Assembly (NCBI RefSeq): GCF_001194135.2 | Contig: NC_068981.1 | Span: forward strand, 158,876,055-158,940,054 | Direction of reading: 5' to 3' | Origin: Octopus bimaculoides | Taxonomy: Eukaryota | DNA length: 64,000 nucleotides | Shown here: positions 39,127 to 51,257 of the stretch, piece by piece | Position numbering within the stretch: position 1 is the first letter of the stretch | Layout of the letters: each line of letters starts with the position of its first letter | Notes under the pieces: generated by a model | Told to the model about the DNA's origin: nothing | Seen by the model: only the letters and a program-made list of their open reading frames with translations | Database searches by the model: none | Position numbers and translations under genes: made by a program

Positions 39127-39435
39127 AGGTTGTTGGTAAGCTTTCCTAAGTTACTCCAATCCAGATCCCCAATGCAAACCTTCAGATCAACCTTCTCCTA
39201 TGCAGATCTCTAATGCAACATTTAAAAAAAAGAGTCAATAAGTGAAAATAACAAATAAACTGATTCCTTATGGGATTTTCCAATCAAATTGCCAGCAAAC
39301 CATTTTCAGCCAAACCAATTTCAACGGATTTCGCTCAAATCTGATGTCGATGTTACTTATTTTGGTTTGAAATAAAGGACTTAATCATTTAATAATCCTA
39401 GCTTAATCCCGAGCAGCGCCGGGTTATACTGCTAG
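39127..39435 (+). mobile_element. Helitron-type 3' terminus (non-autonomous copy; 5' part in the gap)
   Basis: CCCGAGCAGCGCCGGG hairpin, TTATACTG, then CTAG|T. It is homologous to the terminus at 12432. Confidence 0.7.
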
Positions 39436-40092
39436 TGATTTATATTTTCCAGTTCGTGATTCTGATGTAGTTCCTTGTAAAGATACATACTTTTAGGGGA
39501 AATTTGTATGAGTGATTTTTTTTATGCTTGCAATGAAATTTGTTAGTTAACAAACTTTAGTCTTAGTGGAATTTAATAGCCTACAGATTGGCTATTAAAG
39601 TTGTGCCTATGATCTTTAGATGTTATATGAGGTCTGTGGAGTTTTAGGCATTCAATCATGTCTTTTATATTTTAATCTGTTGCTGAAATTTGGTTTCTAC
39701 AGTTATTGAGTTGAAAGTGTTGTAGTTTATTTTCTTGTATCTGTTTATTATACTGTTGTACAGGAGTCTTTTATATATGTGTGTGATTGTCGGTACTAGG
39801 TTGCTTCAATTCATATATTCCTTGTCTTCATCTTTGTGACAATGTGAGAAATTTTCCTTATCATCATCAACAGAATCATTAGAGTCATACAAAATGCCTC
39901 ACGATATTTCTTCCAGCCCTCTGTATTCTGGGTTCAAATTTTGCCAAGGTAAATTTCTTTACCTTTCATCTTGCTAGGTTTGATAAAATAAAGTACCAGT
40001 CATGTATTGGGACTGATATAATTGACTCTTCCTCTTGCACTAATTGTAGGCCTTGTGCCTATGTTAGAAATACTTATTGTTGTTATCAACAT

Positions 40093-40127
<35 letters not shown>

Positions 40128-40382
40128 AATGTTTGTGGCTGAGATTTTTAGTTGTAACTATTTCACTTAACTTAATGACGAAAAGAAAGGTATCAATAGT
40201 ACAAGTCATTATCTCCCCATTAGTGTTTGCTGTCATGACTATGAGGGTTGAAGTGAGTTGTATAATGTCATATAAGATCTAGGTTCCATAAGATAAGTAC
40301 CAGTAAAATGCTGGAGTACATTCTATTCTTTTTTTTTTTAGGTGCCATGTCTAGAATGTAGGGCATAGGCATTCGTGTTCTG

Positions 40383-40730
40383 TCACAATTCTCTGTTCTT
40401 TGTTTGCTGTAATAGTTCCACTTCCTGATGTATAATGCCACTTTTTTCAAATAAGTTTGTCAAGCTTGATATCCATGTCATCCTTTTCCTTCCTCTGCTT
40501 CTTTTCCTGTCAATCTTTCCGGTCATCACTAAATTCTCCAGACCCTCTTTCCTCATCACATGACCAAGAAATCTCAGTTGTTTGGCCCTTATCTCATGAA
40601 GCAGTTTCCTATTTACTGCAGCCCAAGTCATCACTTCTTCATAAGACACTTTTTCTGTCCATGCTGTCCCCAATATTCTCCTTAAGAACCACATTTCATA
40701 GTTCTTAAAGTACTTATTCATATCTGTACA
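40383..40730 (-). mobile_element. RTE-clade LINE RT C-terminal fragment
   Basis: EMWFLRRILGTAWTEKVSYEEV...QLRFLGHVMRKEGLENLVMTGKIDRKRSRGRKRMTW. Confidence 0.85.
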
Positions 40731-40771
40731 AAAAGAAGTTCTCGTATTTACATTATTTGCTTTGTTTTCAG

Positions 40772-40828
40772 AATGTACCTTCATTATACTGGATCATGAG
40801 ATGTACAAGAATAGTGGTGATGAAATAG
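40772..40828 (+). CDS. NAT9: NAT9 exon 3 (KCTFIILDHEMYKNSGDEI)
   Basis: Acceptor tttgttttcag|AA, donor G|gtaagc; phase 1-1; KCTFIILD motif. Confidence 0.95.
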   Translation, partial: NVPSLYWIMRCTRIVVMK

Positions 40829-42196
40829 GTAAGCCTGGTATAAAATTGTTAGTGAGTCCTATTAAACCAATGAGTCATAGTGCTACCACTAAAGACCTTG
40901 TCTTCATGAAGTGTAATTAAAGTTAGATAGCTTATTCTTCTGCGAACAACACCTAAACAAATTAGTTGGTAGAGATCAGCTAGTGTCTTTGCAAAGCTCA
41001 GGTAGGACTCATCTTGGAATACTTCTCCCACATTTGGGATGGAGCTATTACTATACACAGAAATATTCTTGACTGCATCTAAATGAAAACTGACTGACTG
41101 CTTGGCAAAATTTCACTCACTGACACACCTCACTCTGACAGGTTTGTAATCTTCTCCCACTGCCTATTCTATTACTTCTATAATGGCCTCTGAGGATACA
41201 TGGCCTAGCAGTTAGGGTGTTGCAATCATGATCATGAGATCATGATTTTAATTCCTGGACTAGGTGGTGCATTGTGTTTTTGAGCAAAATACTTCATCCC
41301 ATGTTGTTCTGCAACCACTTCAATTCATTTTTACACCTGGTGTGAATCATCATGGTACAGGTAACTCTTTTCCAATATTCAGATAGCTTCCAATCCTCCA
41401 TGTCAGCTAACTTTTTCTCAACTACAACTTTAATCTTTATGCTCTTTAATGCCATAGACTGTTCACTAATAAATCATGCTGTTCCAGAAAAAAAAAAAGG
41501 AGACATAATAAATATCAAATTTTTGCCCAAACACCCTGTATGTGCATATATGTATATATATAAACTGTAGTGAGCACCATGAAGCAGATGAATAGCTTCT
41601 AGTCACCTTCATCTGCCATCAGTCAGTTTTTAACTAGTCATTTCATTCACCTTCCCTTATAAACTAATGTTTCTCTGGTCTCATTTATTGTTTACAGTAT
41701 AAGCTGTCTTATCTTAATTACACTTGCAATGGTTAAGATGTAACAAGTAGGGCTCACCAAATGAAACTATATAATTGTTACTGGTAGGTTGTGGCAGGTT
41801 GAGATGTGACATATGGAGATGTTGCAAGTTAGAAAAGTGGCAGTGTGTTGCATAATCAAAGAAATGATAAGTTGAAAAGTCTGACGCATTGGAGACTTTA
41901 CTGAATTGTTATTAAGTTTCATAAAACCATCTGAATGATGGCAAAATTTCATTCATTAACACACTACAACTTTTATCTGGCAGACTTGCTGTCTTCTCTT
42001 ACTGCCTATTCTGGACAAGGAAACGATATACATCACTTCAATCTTATCGTTCCCCCTGACAGAATTATGCCATCTATATCTGGCATTATAAGTTTTAAAA
42101 ACAAATTAATATCTAATTCTGAATCCATTCAAGAAGTTATTCTGCCACTGATATATATTTTTCTGTCATATTTTCTTCCTTTCTTTGATTTCATAG

Positions 42197-42277
42197 AATC
42201 AATGATTGGAGATATAAATTTATTTTTTAATGATCCTTCTTTGGAAGATACTGCTGAAATTGAAGTTATGATAGCAG
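42197..42277 (+). CDS. NAT9: NAT9 exon 4 (ESMIGDINLFFNDPSLEDTAEIEVMIA)
   Basis: Acceptor ttcatag|AA, donor G|gttagt; phase 1-1; MIGDINLF and EIEVMIA motifs. Confidence 0.96.
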
Positions 42278-43158
42278 GTTAGTAATACTGTAATATTTAT
42301 GTTACTTATTTTTATTATCTTTTGCTTTTATCTGACACTTCTTTTTTTATTACTGCTACTTGTCCTTGTTATATTTTTGTTCATAAAGTTGGCACAAGCA
42401 GTAAATACACTGATAATTCAATCTCTTATCTATTTAGGTATTTCATTGCTTTTTTTTTTATGATGTTTTGGGCAGGAGTGGAGCAGATGTATACTGGATA
42501 TTCTTTTTAGTTTCTGTTTCTTTTTCCAAATAATCCTCCATTTTGCCATACGTTGTCTAGCTCACAACTCATGATTATTTTTCCTAGATGCCCCTCATCT
42601 AGATCTATCATAAAATGAAATATCTTAAGATTTTTTCACTGACTAAATCTATGACCACGATCCATCAAAGTGCAATGTTTAACATACTTTAGTTCACACT
42701 TACTTCACCTTGCATATCTTCAATCACAGAATATGCAATCAGAAAGTTGGATAAGTATAATGATATTGATATTACATACCCTAACTACCACTCTAAACTT
42801 CACACAACCACACACTATTTGGTAGCAAGTGCAGCATAGTCCCAGTGCTGACAACGTACAAAAGATCAACAAACCTAGAGTAAAAGTCCAATGGGTTGTC
42901 ACTAAATACTTGATAGACCTGTTTAAGTTGAGCTGAATCTATCCAACCTTGGCAACAAAATTCAGTGAATACAACATAAGGTTTATACCCTTTTCTCTTT
43001 GTCTGTCTGGTATTATTTAATCTATCTCAGAAGGATGAAAGACTAATCTAAGAAAAAATGGAACTGTAGAATGTTAGGCTTTAGGCATTTTTCTGACAAG
43101 AATCAGTTCTGGTCTGCTGCTCTAACATTATGCTGTTTTATTTTCGTATGTTGATGTA

Positions 43159-43196
<38 letters not shown>

Positions 43197-43200
43197 GCAG

Positions 43201-43260
43201 AAATTTCTTCTAGAAGAAAGGGATTTGGAAAACAAGCTGTAATCTTGATGATGGTATATG
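43201..43260 (+). CDS. NAT9: NAT9 exon 5 (EISSRRKGFGKQAVILMMVYG), GNAT motif A
   Basis: Acceptor T16-gcag|AA, donor G|gtaata; phase 1-1; RRKGFG is the acetyl-CoA-binding R-x-x-G-x-G motif. Confidence 0.95.
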
Positions 43261-43585
43261 GTAATAATGTTTGTTTAAAACAGTTTAATTAATGATATTT
43301 ATCTATGATGAATATAAGTGTATGTGTGTGTGTATGTGCTTGTGTGTGTGTGTGTGAGTTCATGTGTGTGTGTGTGTGTGTGTTTGTCTTATATATGTCT
43401 ATGTGTATCTGTGTGTGTGTGTAACTTTTATTGTTTAATGTCTATTTTTACATTCTTGTATAAGCTTGTTGGGCCTGCAGTACACTATCATTTCATGCAT
43501 TTTGATAGTGTGTCACTCTGTCTGAAAAGTTCAACCTCCTAAATATTTCTTTGTAATGCTTATTTGATTAACAAAGTATTCTTTC

Positions 43586-43623
<38 letters not shown>

Positions 43624-44566
43624 AGTTTGTCCATTTGTTTGTCTGTCTGTCTCCCCCCACCACCTTTTATAAATAAACTTTTCATTTTACTACATGGAAA
43701 ATGCTGATAATGTAATGACACTACATGGTGCTCACAGGTGGGTTACTTTACAGGTGATGTCCAAAAGAATGAATCTAGCATTAGACATTCCAAAAAATAA
43801 TACCTGGAGTTTTTTTTTCATCATAAAGGGTATGCATATGACTAGATAATATTTCTGAAAATAGAGACACAATATCTGTTAAAAAGAAAGTCAATTAATG
43901 CTCTTTGGTTAGCACAAACGGTGATGTAGTCTGTATTTATAATGGGCTCATAATGTCAGCTTCTATATAAAGTACAGAATACAACATGCAAGCAATTTAT
44001 GATACTGTCATATGATTCTGTAAAGCTAGACAATAGAGATGTAGAAAAAAGTCAATTTACATTTTCTTTAGGAATATCATAACTAGCATATAAACAGATT
44101 AGTGTAACTCTTTAGCATTCAGAATATTCTGTTAAATGTAATGCTTATTTATTGGAATCATTTCGAATTAGTCCTGAATTATCTTGTAACTTCAAGAGTT
44201 TGACAATGGGGTAGTTTACTTTTAGAATGACATAGTAGTGTAGGTGTGTGTTGGGTGGGGGGCATATTTGACCAATTTGAACACAAAGCAGGTAGAATAT
44301 TTTGGCCAGATATGGTCGGTTTAAATGTTTAAGGGCTAAGGAAGAGTCCTTTTCTAAATCAACCCTCTGCTAGGGAATAGTTATGAGCTTCAAATAAGAA
44401 ATAAACTGTTTCTAATTAGTTGTGGACCATAATATTAGTGACAGACAATTATAAAGGAATGTGCTGTATGAAAGTTACTATATGTTTACAAACACTGAGG
44501 TTTGTTTTTACAATGGGTGAAATGAAGTTCAAATATGAAAACTTTATTGTCTTTACATCATTGCAG

Positions 44567-44661
44567 GAGTCGAAATTCTGAAAATAACTAAGTTCACAGC
44601 TAAAATCGGAATGAGCAACTCTATAAGCCTGGGTTTATTCCTCAAAATAGGCTTTATTGAG
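44567..44661 (+). CDS. NAT9: NAT9 exon 6 (GVEILKITKFTAKIGMSNSISLGLFLKIGFIE)
   Basis: Acceptor ttgcag|GA, donor GAG|gtaggt; phase 1 to phase 0; AKIG..N..S..LF.K.GF motif. Confidence 0.95.
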
Positions 44662-46710
44662 GTAGGTTACATATAAATTTTTTTCTTGACTTGCAGCACA
44701 TTCTTCATTGCTTTTATGTTACTGATTAGCTAGAGTTTAATTGTTTAATTGAACTTATTTGTTTCAAATTTTTGCACAAGGCCAGCAGTTTTGGGGGAGG
44801 GGCCAAGTTGATTACACCAACTCCAATGCTCAACTGATACTTATTTTATTGACCTTAAAAGGATGAAAAGTGTAGTCAACCTCAGTGAAATTTGAACTCA
44901 GAATGTAGAGATGGACGAAATGCCACTAAGCATTTTGCCCAGTGTGCTAATGATTCTGCCAGCTCATTGCCTTAATTATTAGTGAAATTATTGATTAATG
45001 TTTTGTATCATCAATGCATGCTGTGGGATAAGATTTTGAAAAATGACATCAATGGTTCATTCTTACTCTTCACCTTAAATGACTTCACTATCTATATGAG
45101 TATCTTTATAGAATAGCACAAACACTGTTATTTCTTCTGTATTGTTCCTCTGATCCTAAGGCCTTCCCTAGCACCCGTTCTCCAAAGAATCAAATTATCA
45201 TCAAGTAAAATCCATGTGGCTGAGTAGATCAAACAGAAAGAGATCTAGTTTGTTGGTTTTACGACTCATAGTTGTGTTTGTATGTCATCAGATCCCTTTT
45301 TCAAATTCAATTAATTTTATTTCATTGGTTATTAGTTTTTCTTCATAGTCTCTTGTTTTTTTGTAATTTAATATTTATAGCTTTTTGTTTCTTATGGCTT
45401 AGTTTCACAAGTATGTTACTTCTGGTGTCAGCACATTAGTATTTTATCTTTGTAGGTGCAGAAATGACGGTGTGGTTACAAAGTACACTTTGCAACATGG
45501 TTTCAGATTCAGTCCCACTGTGCAACCAACACCTTGTGACTGAATTTGGTAGATGCAAACTGTAAGAAGCTAGTAACACACACATGAATGGATGGATGGA
45601 TGGATGGAAGGACAGACGGACGGGCAAATGGACAGACAGACGGACAGACAAATGGACGGATGGATTTATTTATGTATTTGTGCGTGCGTGTAAGTTGTCT
45701 AAGAGGCCATAAGTCAGGAAAAAATATATATGTGTGTAGAAATAGAGGTATACAGAAGTCATGACCTGGATGTGGCTGGGCCCCCTTATAATGTAAGAGA
45801 TTAAGGGGCAAAACATTTGCATGGGGTCTCTGAAGACCTTCTGCTGTTTAGCTTACCCTAGAGTGTCTTACTATTTCACCAACAAGAATGTAGTTAGAGC
45901 ACATAGAAAGCACCCAGCATACTCTGTAAAGTAGTTGGTATTAGAAAGGGCATCCAGCCAATAGAAGCCATGCCACAGCGGACAATCAGAGTTTGGTCAG
46001 CTTCTCTCAAGCCATCCAACCTATGCCAGCATGGAAATTGGATATTAAACAATGATAATGATGAGGATGATGATGTGTGTGTATGTATATTTATTTATTA
46101 ATATANNNNNNNNNNNNNNNNNNNNNNNNNNNNNNNNNNNNNNNNNNNNNNNNNNNNNNNNNNNNNNNNNNNNNNNNNNNNNNNNNNNNNNNNNNNNNNN
46201 NNNNNNNNNNNNNNNNNNNNNNNNNNNNNNNNNNNNNNNNNNNNNNNNNNNNNNNNNNNNNNNNNNNNNNNNNNNNNNNNNNNNNNNNNNNNNNNNNNNN
46301 NNNNNNNNNNNNNNNNNNNNNNNNNNNNNNNNNNNNNNNNNNNNNNNNNNNNNNNNNNNNNNNNNNNNNNNNNNNNNNNNNNNNNNNNNNNNNNNNNNNN
46401 NNNNNNNNNNNNNNNNNNNNNNNNNNNNNNNNNNNNNNNNNNNNNNNNNNNNNNNNNNNNNNNNNNNNNNNNNNNNNNNNNNNNNNNNNNNNNNNNNNNN
46501 NNNNNNNNNNNNNNNNNNNNNNNNNNNNNNNNNNNNNNNNNNNNNNNNNNNNNNNNNNNNNNNNNNNNNNNNNNNNNNNNNNNNNNNNNNNNNNNNNNNN
46601 NNNNNNNNNNNNNNNNNNNNNNNNNNNNNNNNNNNNNNNNNNNNNNNNNNNNNNNNNNNNNNNNNNNNNNNNNNNNNNNNNNNNNNNNNNNNNNNNNNNN
46701 NNNNNNNNNC

Positions 46711-46771
<61 letters not shown>

Positions 46772-46945
46772 GATTCAAGGTGAATATGGTACTTAAGTTT
46801 AGGCACCAGAATTAAGTATGGTATTATCCATACAATTTCAAAATAAGGTGATTAAAATCAAAATAAGCTACAAGGATATCCAAAGTTAATGCAGTATGAT
46901 CATTTCATGCGACTCCATTTATTTAAGCAGTGTGAACATTACATC

Positions 46946-47590
46946 AAATGTAAAATGCAGAGTAATCCTCAGCTGCACAAAGATATAGAAATTTACTGAA
47001 ATGGCATTTCAACAGAAGGACATATTTTTATAACTATATTTAAACTCTCCAATTAGAAAGGAAGAATACAAAAAAACATTTTGACTTAGCCAGACCATAC
47101 AGGCATACTAGCCTGTACTTATAGGAACAATAATAACAACAATATTAGTATTTCTGGTATAAATTCCAATTGCATTCGTTTCCTTAGCTGTAATTCTAAG
47201 ACTAGAAACTCTGTTTATCAATGTAAAATTACTTCCAGTTCTGATGTCTTTTTTACATAGGTAGTAATTCATCTCAGTTGTCCAAAAGAATATCTAAACA
47301 TTACTCTACATTTAGACATATCAATAAATGCAACAATACTGGCTTAGTAAATTATTTTGGTCTCTCAAGGAACATAATAAATAATTTGATTTGGAATGGA
47401 ATATTCTATCTAGGTCCTTTCCAAATGATAAAAGTAAATCTTCTTGTCTACTGTGTAATGAAGAACTCTATTTCATCCTGTTCTCAGAGAATTCTTTTGT
47501 AAACATGTTTAAAGAATGCACTTATATATTTATAAATGTAAAACGCAGAGCAATCCTCAGCTGCACAAAGATATAGAAATTTACTGAAAT
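46946..47590 (+). mobile_element. Penelope-like element: GIY-YIG endonuclease remnant between 57-bp direct repeats
   Basis: KRISKHYSTFRH..N.TGLVNY and EWNILSRSFP..KS.CLLCNEELYFILF resemble the PLE endonuclease C-terminal region. Repeats at 46946-47002 and 47534-47590 differ at 2 positions. Confidence 0.75.
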
Positions 47591-48708
47591 CGTCCAACCC
47601 ATACTAGCATGGAAAGAAGACTTTAAACGATGATGATGATGATATGTATATATATATATGCATGCACACACACACATACACACACACACACAAAACACGA
47701 AAGATTGCTTATAAAATATTTAGTTATACCACCTAATTACAGCCTTAATATGTGTGTGTATTTGTGAAGGCAGCAAGCTGGTGAAATTGTTAGCAAGTCA
47801 AGCAAAATGCTTAGCAGTATTCCATCTATCTTTGTGTTCAGAGTTCAAATTCTGCCAAGGTGGACTTTGCCTTTCATCTTCTTGGGGTTGATAAAATAAG
47901 CAGCAGTTGAGTACTGGGGTTGATGTAATCAACTTATCCCCTCCCTTGTAATTGCTGGCCTTGTGCCAAAATTTTAAACAATATGTGTGTGTGTTTGTGT
48001 GTTTGTGTTTTCCCTAATTTTGACATTTTTGTGTTGATTGTAAGTGAAATCATTGTTCATAAAAGTGGTACCATACATTTGCAAACTTCTATGGAAACTA
48101 TTTGGCCATTGAGTTGTTCATTGTGCAAATAACTAGGGTAAGTGTTACCTTGCTTAGAAACAGGTGTGGGAAGGTGACAGGAAGAGCTTCCAACCATGGA
48201 AAAATTATTTCAGTGTGTTTCATCTGAGCCATGCAAGCATGAAAATGTGGCCATTAAAATGATAATGATGATTACGAACACTAAATGTGTATGTACATAT
48301 GAGTATATGTATATTATTTTCCCCTTTACATTGCATAAGTCTGTCACTGTCACTTCAGATTTCTAAACAATAACTGGTTATTTATAAATTTAATACAATA
48401 TGATATGGCGGTAGAAATTTAAGTTTGACAGTGATACACTCTGAGTCCTCTGCTTGAATGACTTAAAATAAACACTGCTATCAAAAGATTACTCCTGCTC
48501 TCAACATAGTAATCACTTTATTTCATATATTAATGTATAATATATACATTAATTAGGTGCAGGTATGGCTGTGTGGTTAAAAAATCTTGCTTCCCAACCA
48601 TGTGGTTTGGGATTCAGTCCTACTGCACAGCACCTATGTTTTCTACTATAAAAGTTGGGTAGACCTAAACCTTGTCAGTGGATTTGATAGATGGAAAATG
48701 AGAGATAC

Positions 48709-49024
48709 ACTCTTGGAGTGGTTGGCATTAGGAAGGGCATCCAGCTGTAGAAACCATGCCAAATCAGACTGGAGGCTGGTACAGTCCTCTGGCTTACCAG
48801 TTTCAGTCAAATCATCCAACCCATGCCAGCTTGGAAAGCAGGTGCTAGATGATGATGACGATGACGACAACGATGATATATCGTTTAACATCCGTTTTCC
48901 ATGCTGGCATGGGTTGGACAGTTTGATTGAGGTCTGGAGAGCTAGCGGCTGCACCAGGCTCCAATCTAATCTGGCAATGTTTCTACAGTTGGATGCCCTT
49001 CCTAACGCCAACTACTCTGAGAGT
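48709..49024. repeat. Tail-to-tail inverted pair of family D SINEs in NAT9 intron 6
   Basis: A + copy (GGAGTGGTTGGCATTAGGAAGGGCATCC...CCATGCCAGC) is followed after a (GAT/GAC)n spacer by a - copy (...GCTGGCATGG...GGATGCCCTTCCTAACGCCAAC). Confidence 0.88.
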
Positions 49025-49410
49025 AGAGTATAGTGGGTGCTTTTTACATGCCACTGGCACAAGAGTCAATCAGGTGGGCCTGGTATCGATCACATTTGGA
49101 TAGTGCTTTTTACGTGCCACCAGCACAGGGGCCAGTCAAAGGGTACTGGCATTGGCTATGTTCGGATGGTGCGTTTTACGTGCCACCAGCACGGGAGCCA
49201 GTGTTTGGATGGTACTTTTTACATGCTACTGGCAAATAAAAAATATATATATTTATATANNNNNNNNNNNNNNNNNNNNNNNNNNNNNNNNNNNNNNNNN
49301 NNNNNNNNNNNNNNNNNNNNNNNNNNNNNNNNNNNNNNNNNNNNNNNNNNNNNNNNNNNNNNNNNNNNNNNNNNNNNNNNNNNNNNNNNNNNNNNNNNNN
49401 ATATATATAT

Positions 49411-49449
<39 letters not shown>

Positions 49450-49920
49450 CGAAGGGGTACCAAAAAGAAACTGGAATTTTGCAATATTATGTTATTCACT
49501 TGGGGCAAGTGAGATCGAAACTGAACCAAATTCGATGACTGGCACCCGTGAAGGCAATAAAAGTGTAAACGAATGAAAACATGAAAATTCATGTACTGAT
49601 CTTGGCAGATAATCACTAAACAATTGATATGACTGGTGTGTCCTGGAGCTCCTACCCACGAATTTTGAGTGAGGAATTGTGAATGAAAAGAGTTGCAGCA
49701 AAATTTGTGCCTCACTTGCTCAAAGAAGATCAAAAGCAGTGATGACTGAATGCATGTCATGGACTGAAAGAACAGTTGGAAGTTGATCCGGACCTGTTTT
49801 TTGAAGTTTCATCACTGGTGACTGAAGCTGGTGCTATGGAATTTGCAGATGTGGAAAAAGTGAACGAAAAAATATGGAGGCAGTAAAAGACATCACTTTG
49901 CAAAAGTTTCGGCACTGCCT
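49450..49920 (+). mobile_element. Mariner transposase remnant
   Basis: TA then CGAAGGGGTACCAAAAAG terminus; RILSEEL.MKRVAAKFVPHLL and a decayed ITGDESWCY motif. Confidence 0.8.
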
Positions 49921-50801
49921 CAAAAACAGTCTAGCGAGGTTGTTGCCAGTGCCGCTGGACTGGCTCCTGTGCAGGTGGCACATAAAAAACACCATTTGAG
50001 CGTGGCCATTGCCAGTACCGCCGGACTGGCCCTCGTGCCGATGGCACGCAAAAAGCACCCACTACACTCTTGGAGTGGTTGGCATTAGGAAGGGCATCCA
50101 GCTGTAGAAACTCTGCCAGATCAGATTGGAGTTTGGTGTAACCATCTGATTCGCCAGTCCCCAGTCAAAACGTCCAACCCATGCTAGCATGGAAAGCGGA
50201 CATTAAATGATGATGATGATGATGATGACATTTTGAAAACTCAAATAAGAGAAATTGGAGCCATCGTGACTGAGTGGTTAAAATGACTGACAATTTAGAA
50301 TTTGAGTCTCACCAACAAAACCTTGCATTGTATTTTTTACTATGGTATAACATTTCATATAGTCAACTTATTTAAGACTTATAATACTTTCACCTCATGT
50401 TTGTACCATCTTATTGGTTAACTAGCCCATAATTCATGGGTTCATGTCTACCTTGCATTTTAATTTTTACTTAGATCCTTAATTATACATACTGTGGTTT
50501 ATATCATGGGGAAAAATAGGTATCAGATTCTGTAGGAAATGACAGTTTGGTATCTCTAAAGAAGGTTGTTTTTCATCTGTTTAATGTTGCAGAAATGTTG
50601 AGTGGGTTATATTGTTTAGCCAGTAGTAATGGTAGAAGAGAGAAATTTAAAGTTTGACTGTAGGCCAGTAGAAGGAGAATTTTAATGAGTGTAAGTTGTT
50701 TTCAAGTTAAAATGACAAAATGATAAAAATATTATAATGTGAATCAAAAGTGCAATGTTTTCTCTCTGTCTTACAATTTTTTAATTATTTTTGCTTTCCA
50801 G

Positions 50802-50921
50802 GAATCTCGCAGCAGTGCGTTTCAAGAAATAACTCTCTCTTTACCTGTAACAGATAAAGTGCTTCAGTATTTGAGGCAAGAATCCCAATCACTTGGAATG
50901 AGAATTAATCTCTCATCATAA
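50802..50921 (+). CDS. NAT9: NAT9 exon 7, last coding exon (ESRSSAFQEITLSLPVTDKVLQYLRQESQSLGMRINLSS*)
   Basis: Acceptor ttgctttccag|GAA; phase 0; S..FQE.TL motif; TAA stop ends at 50921. Confidence 0.93.
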   Translation, partial: ESRSSAFQEITLSLPVTDKVLQYLRQESQSLGMRINLSS

Positions 50922-51247
50922 ATATTGTGACTGTCAGAGAAAACTTTCCTCACAAAAAAAACTTCAGTTGCTAGTTGAAGCCATTTCACTTCATTTATAT
51001 CAAAAATGCTTTTAAGAAAGGCATAAAAATCACATATTCTCATTTCTCTATCTTTATATGTCTGAGGCCTTGTACCTATGTAAGAAATCAATTCATCTAT
51101 AATTGTTGCCACTGTGTGTGAGTTGAGTCTCACAATATTTCCAATGACTTTTTTATGAAGATTAAGTTTTGCTAATGAAATTTCTGGTTTATTTTCCATT
51201 CTACACATAACATCTTACTATTACTTTTCTAAAGGAAATAATATAGA

Positions 51248-51257
51248 AATAAATAAA
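51248..51257 (+). promoter_or_regulatory. Candidate NAT9 polyadenylation signal (overlapping AATAAA hexamers)
   Basis: AATAAATAAA lies about 330 nt after the stop. AATAAA is common in AT-rich DNA, so support is weak. Confidence 0.35.

Larger units (their letters stand above)
16506..50921 (+). other. NAT9: NAT9 gene span (7 coding exons, 199 aa GNAT-family N-acetyltransferase 9)
   Basis: Exon lengths 77+110+57+81+60+95+120 = 600 nt. They splice in frame to MLINCNTKIISDRIILVPYEAAHVPKYNCWMQSDELLSLTASERLTLEEEYENQISWRQDEKKCTFIILDHEMYKNSGDEIESMIGDINLFFNDPSLEDTAEIEVMIAEISSRRKGFGKQAVILMMVYGVEILKITKFTAKIGMSNSISLGLFLKIGFIEESRSSAFQEITLSLPVTDKVLQYLRQESQSLGMRINLSS*. NAT9 hallmarks are LVPY..HVP, LTASE.LTLEEEY, KCTFI, MIGD.NLF, EIEVMIAE, the RxxGxG acetyl-CoA motif, AKIG and FQE.TL. 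Confidence 0.96.
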
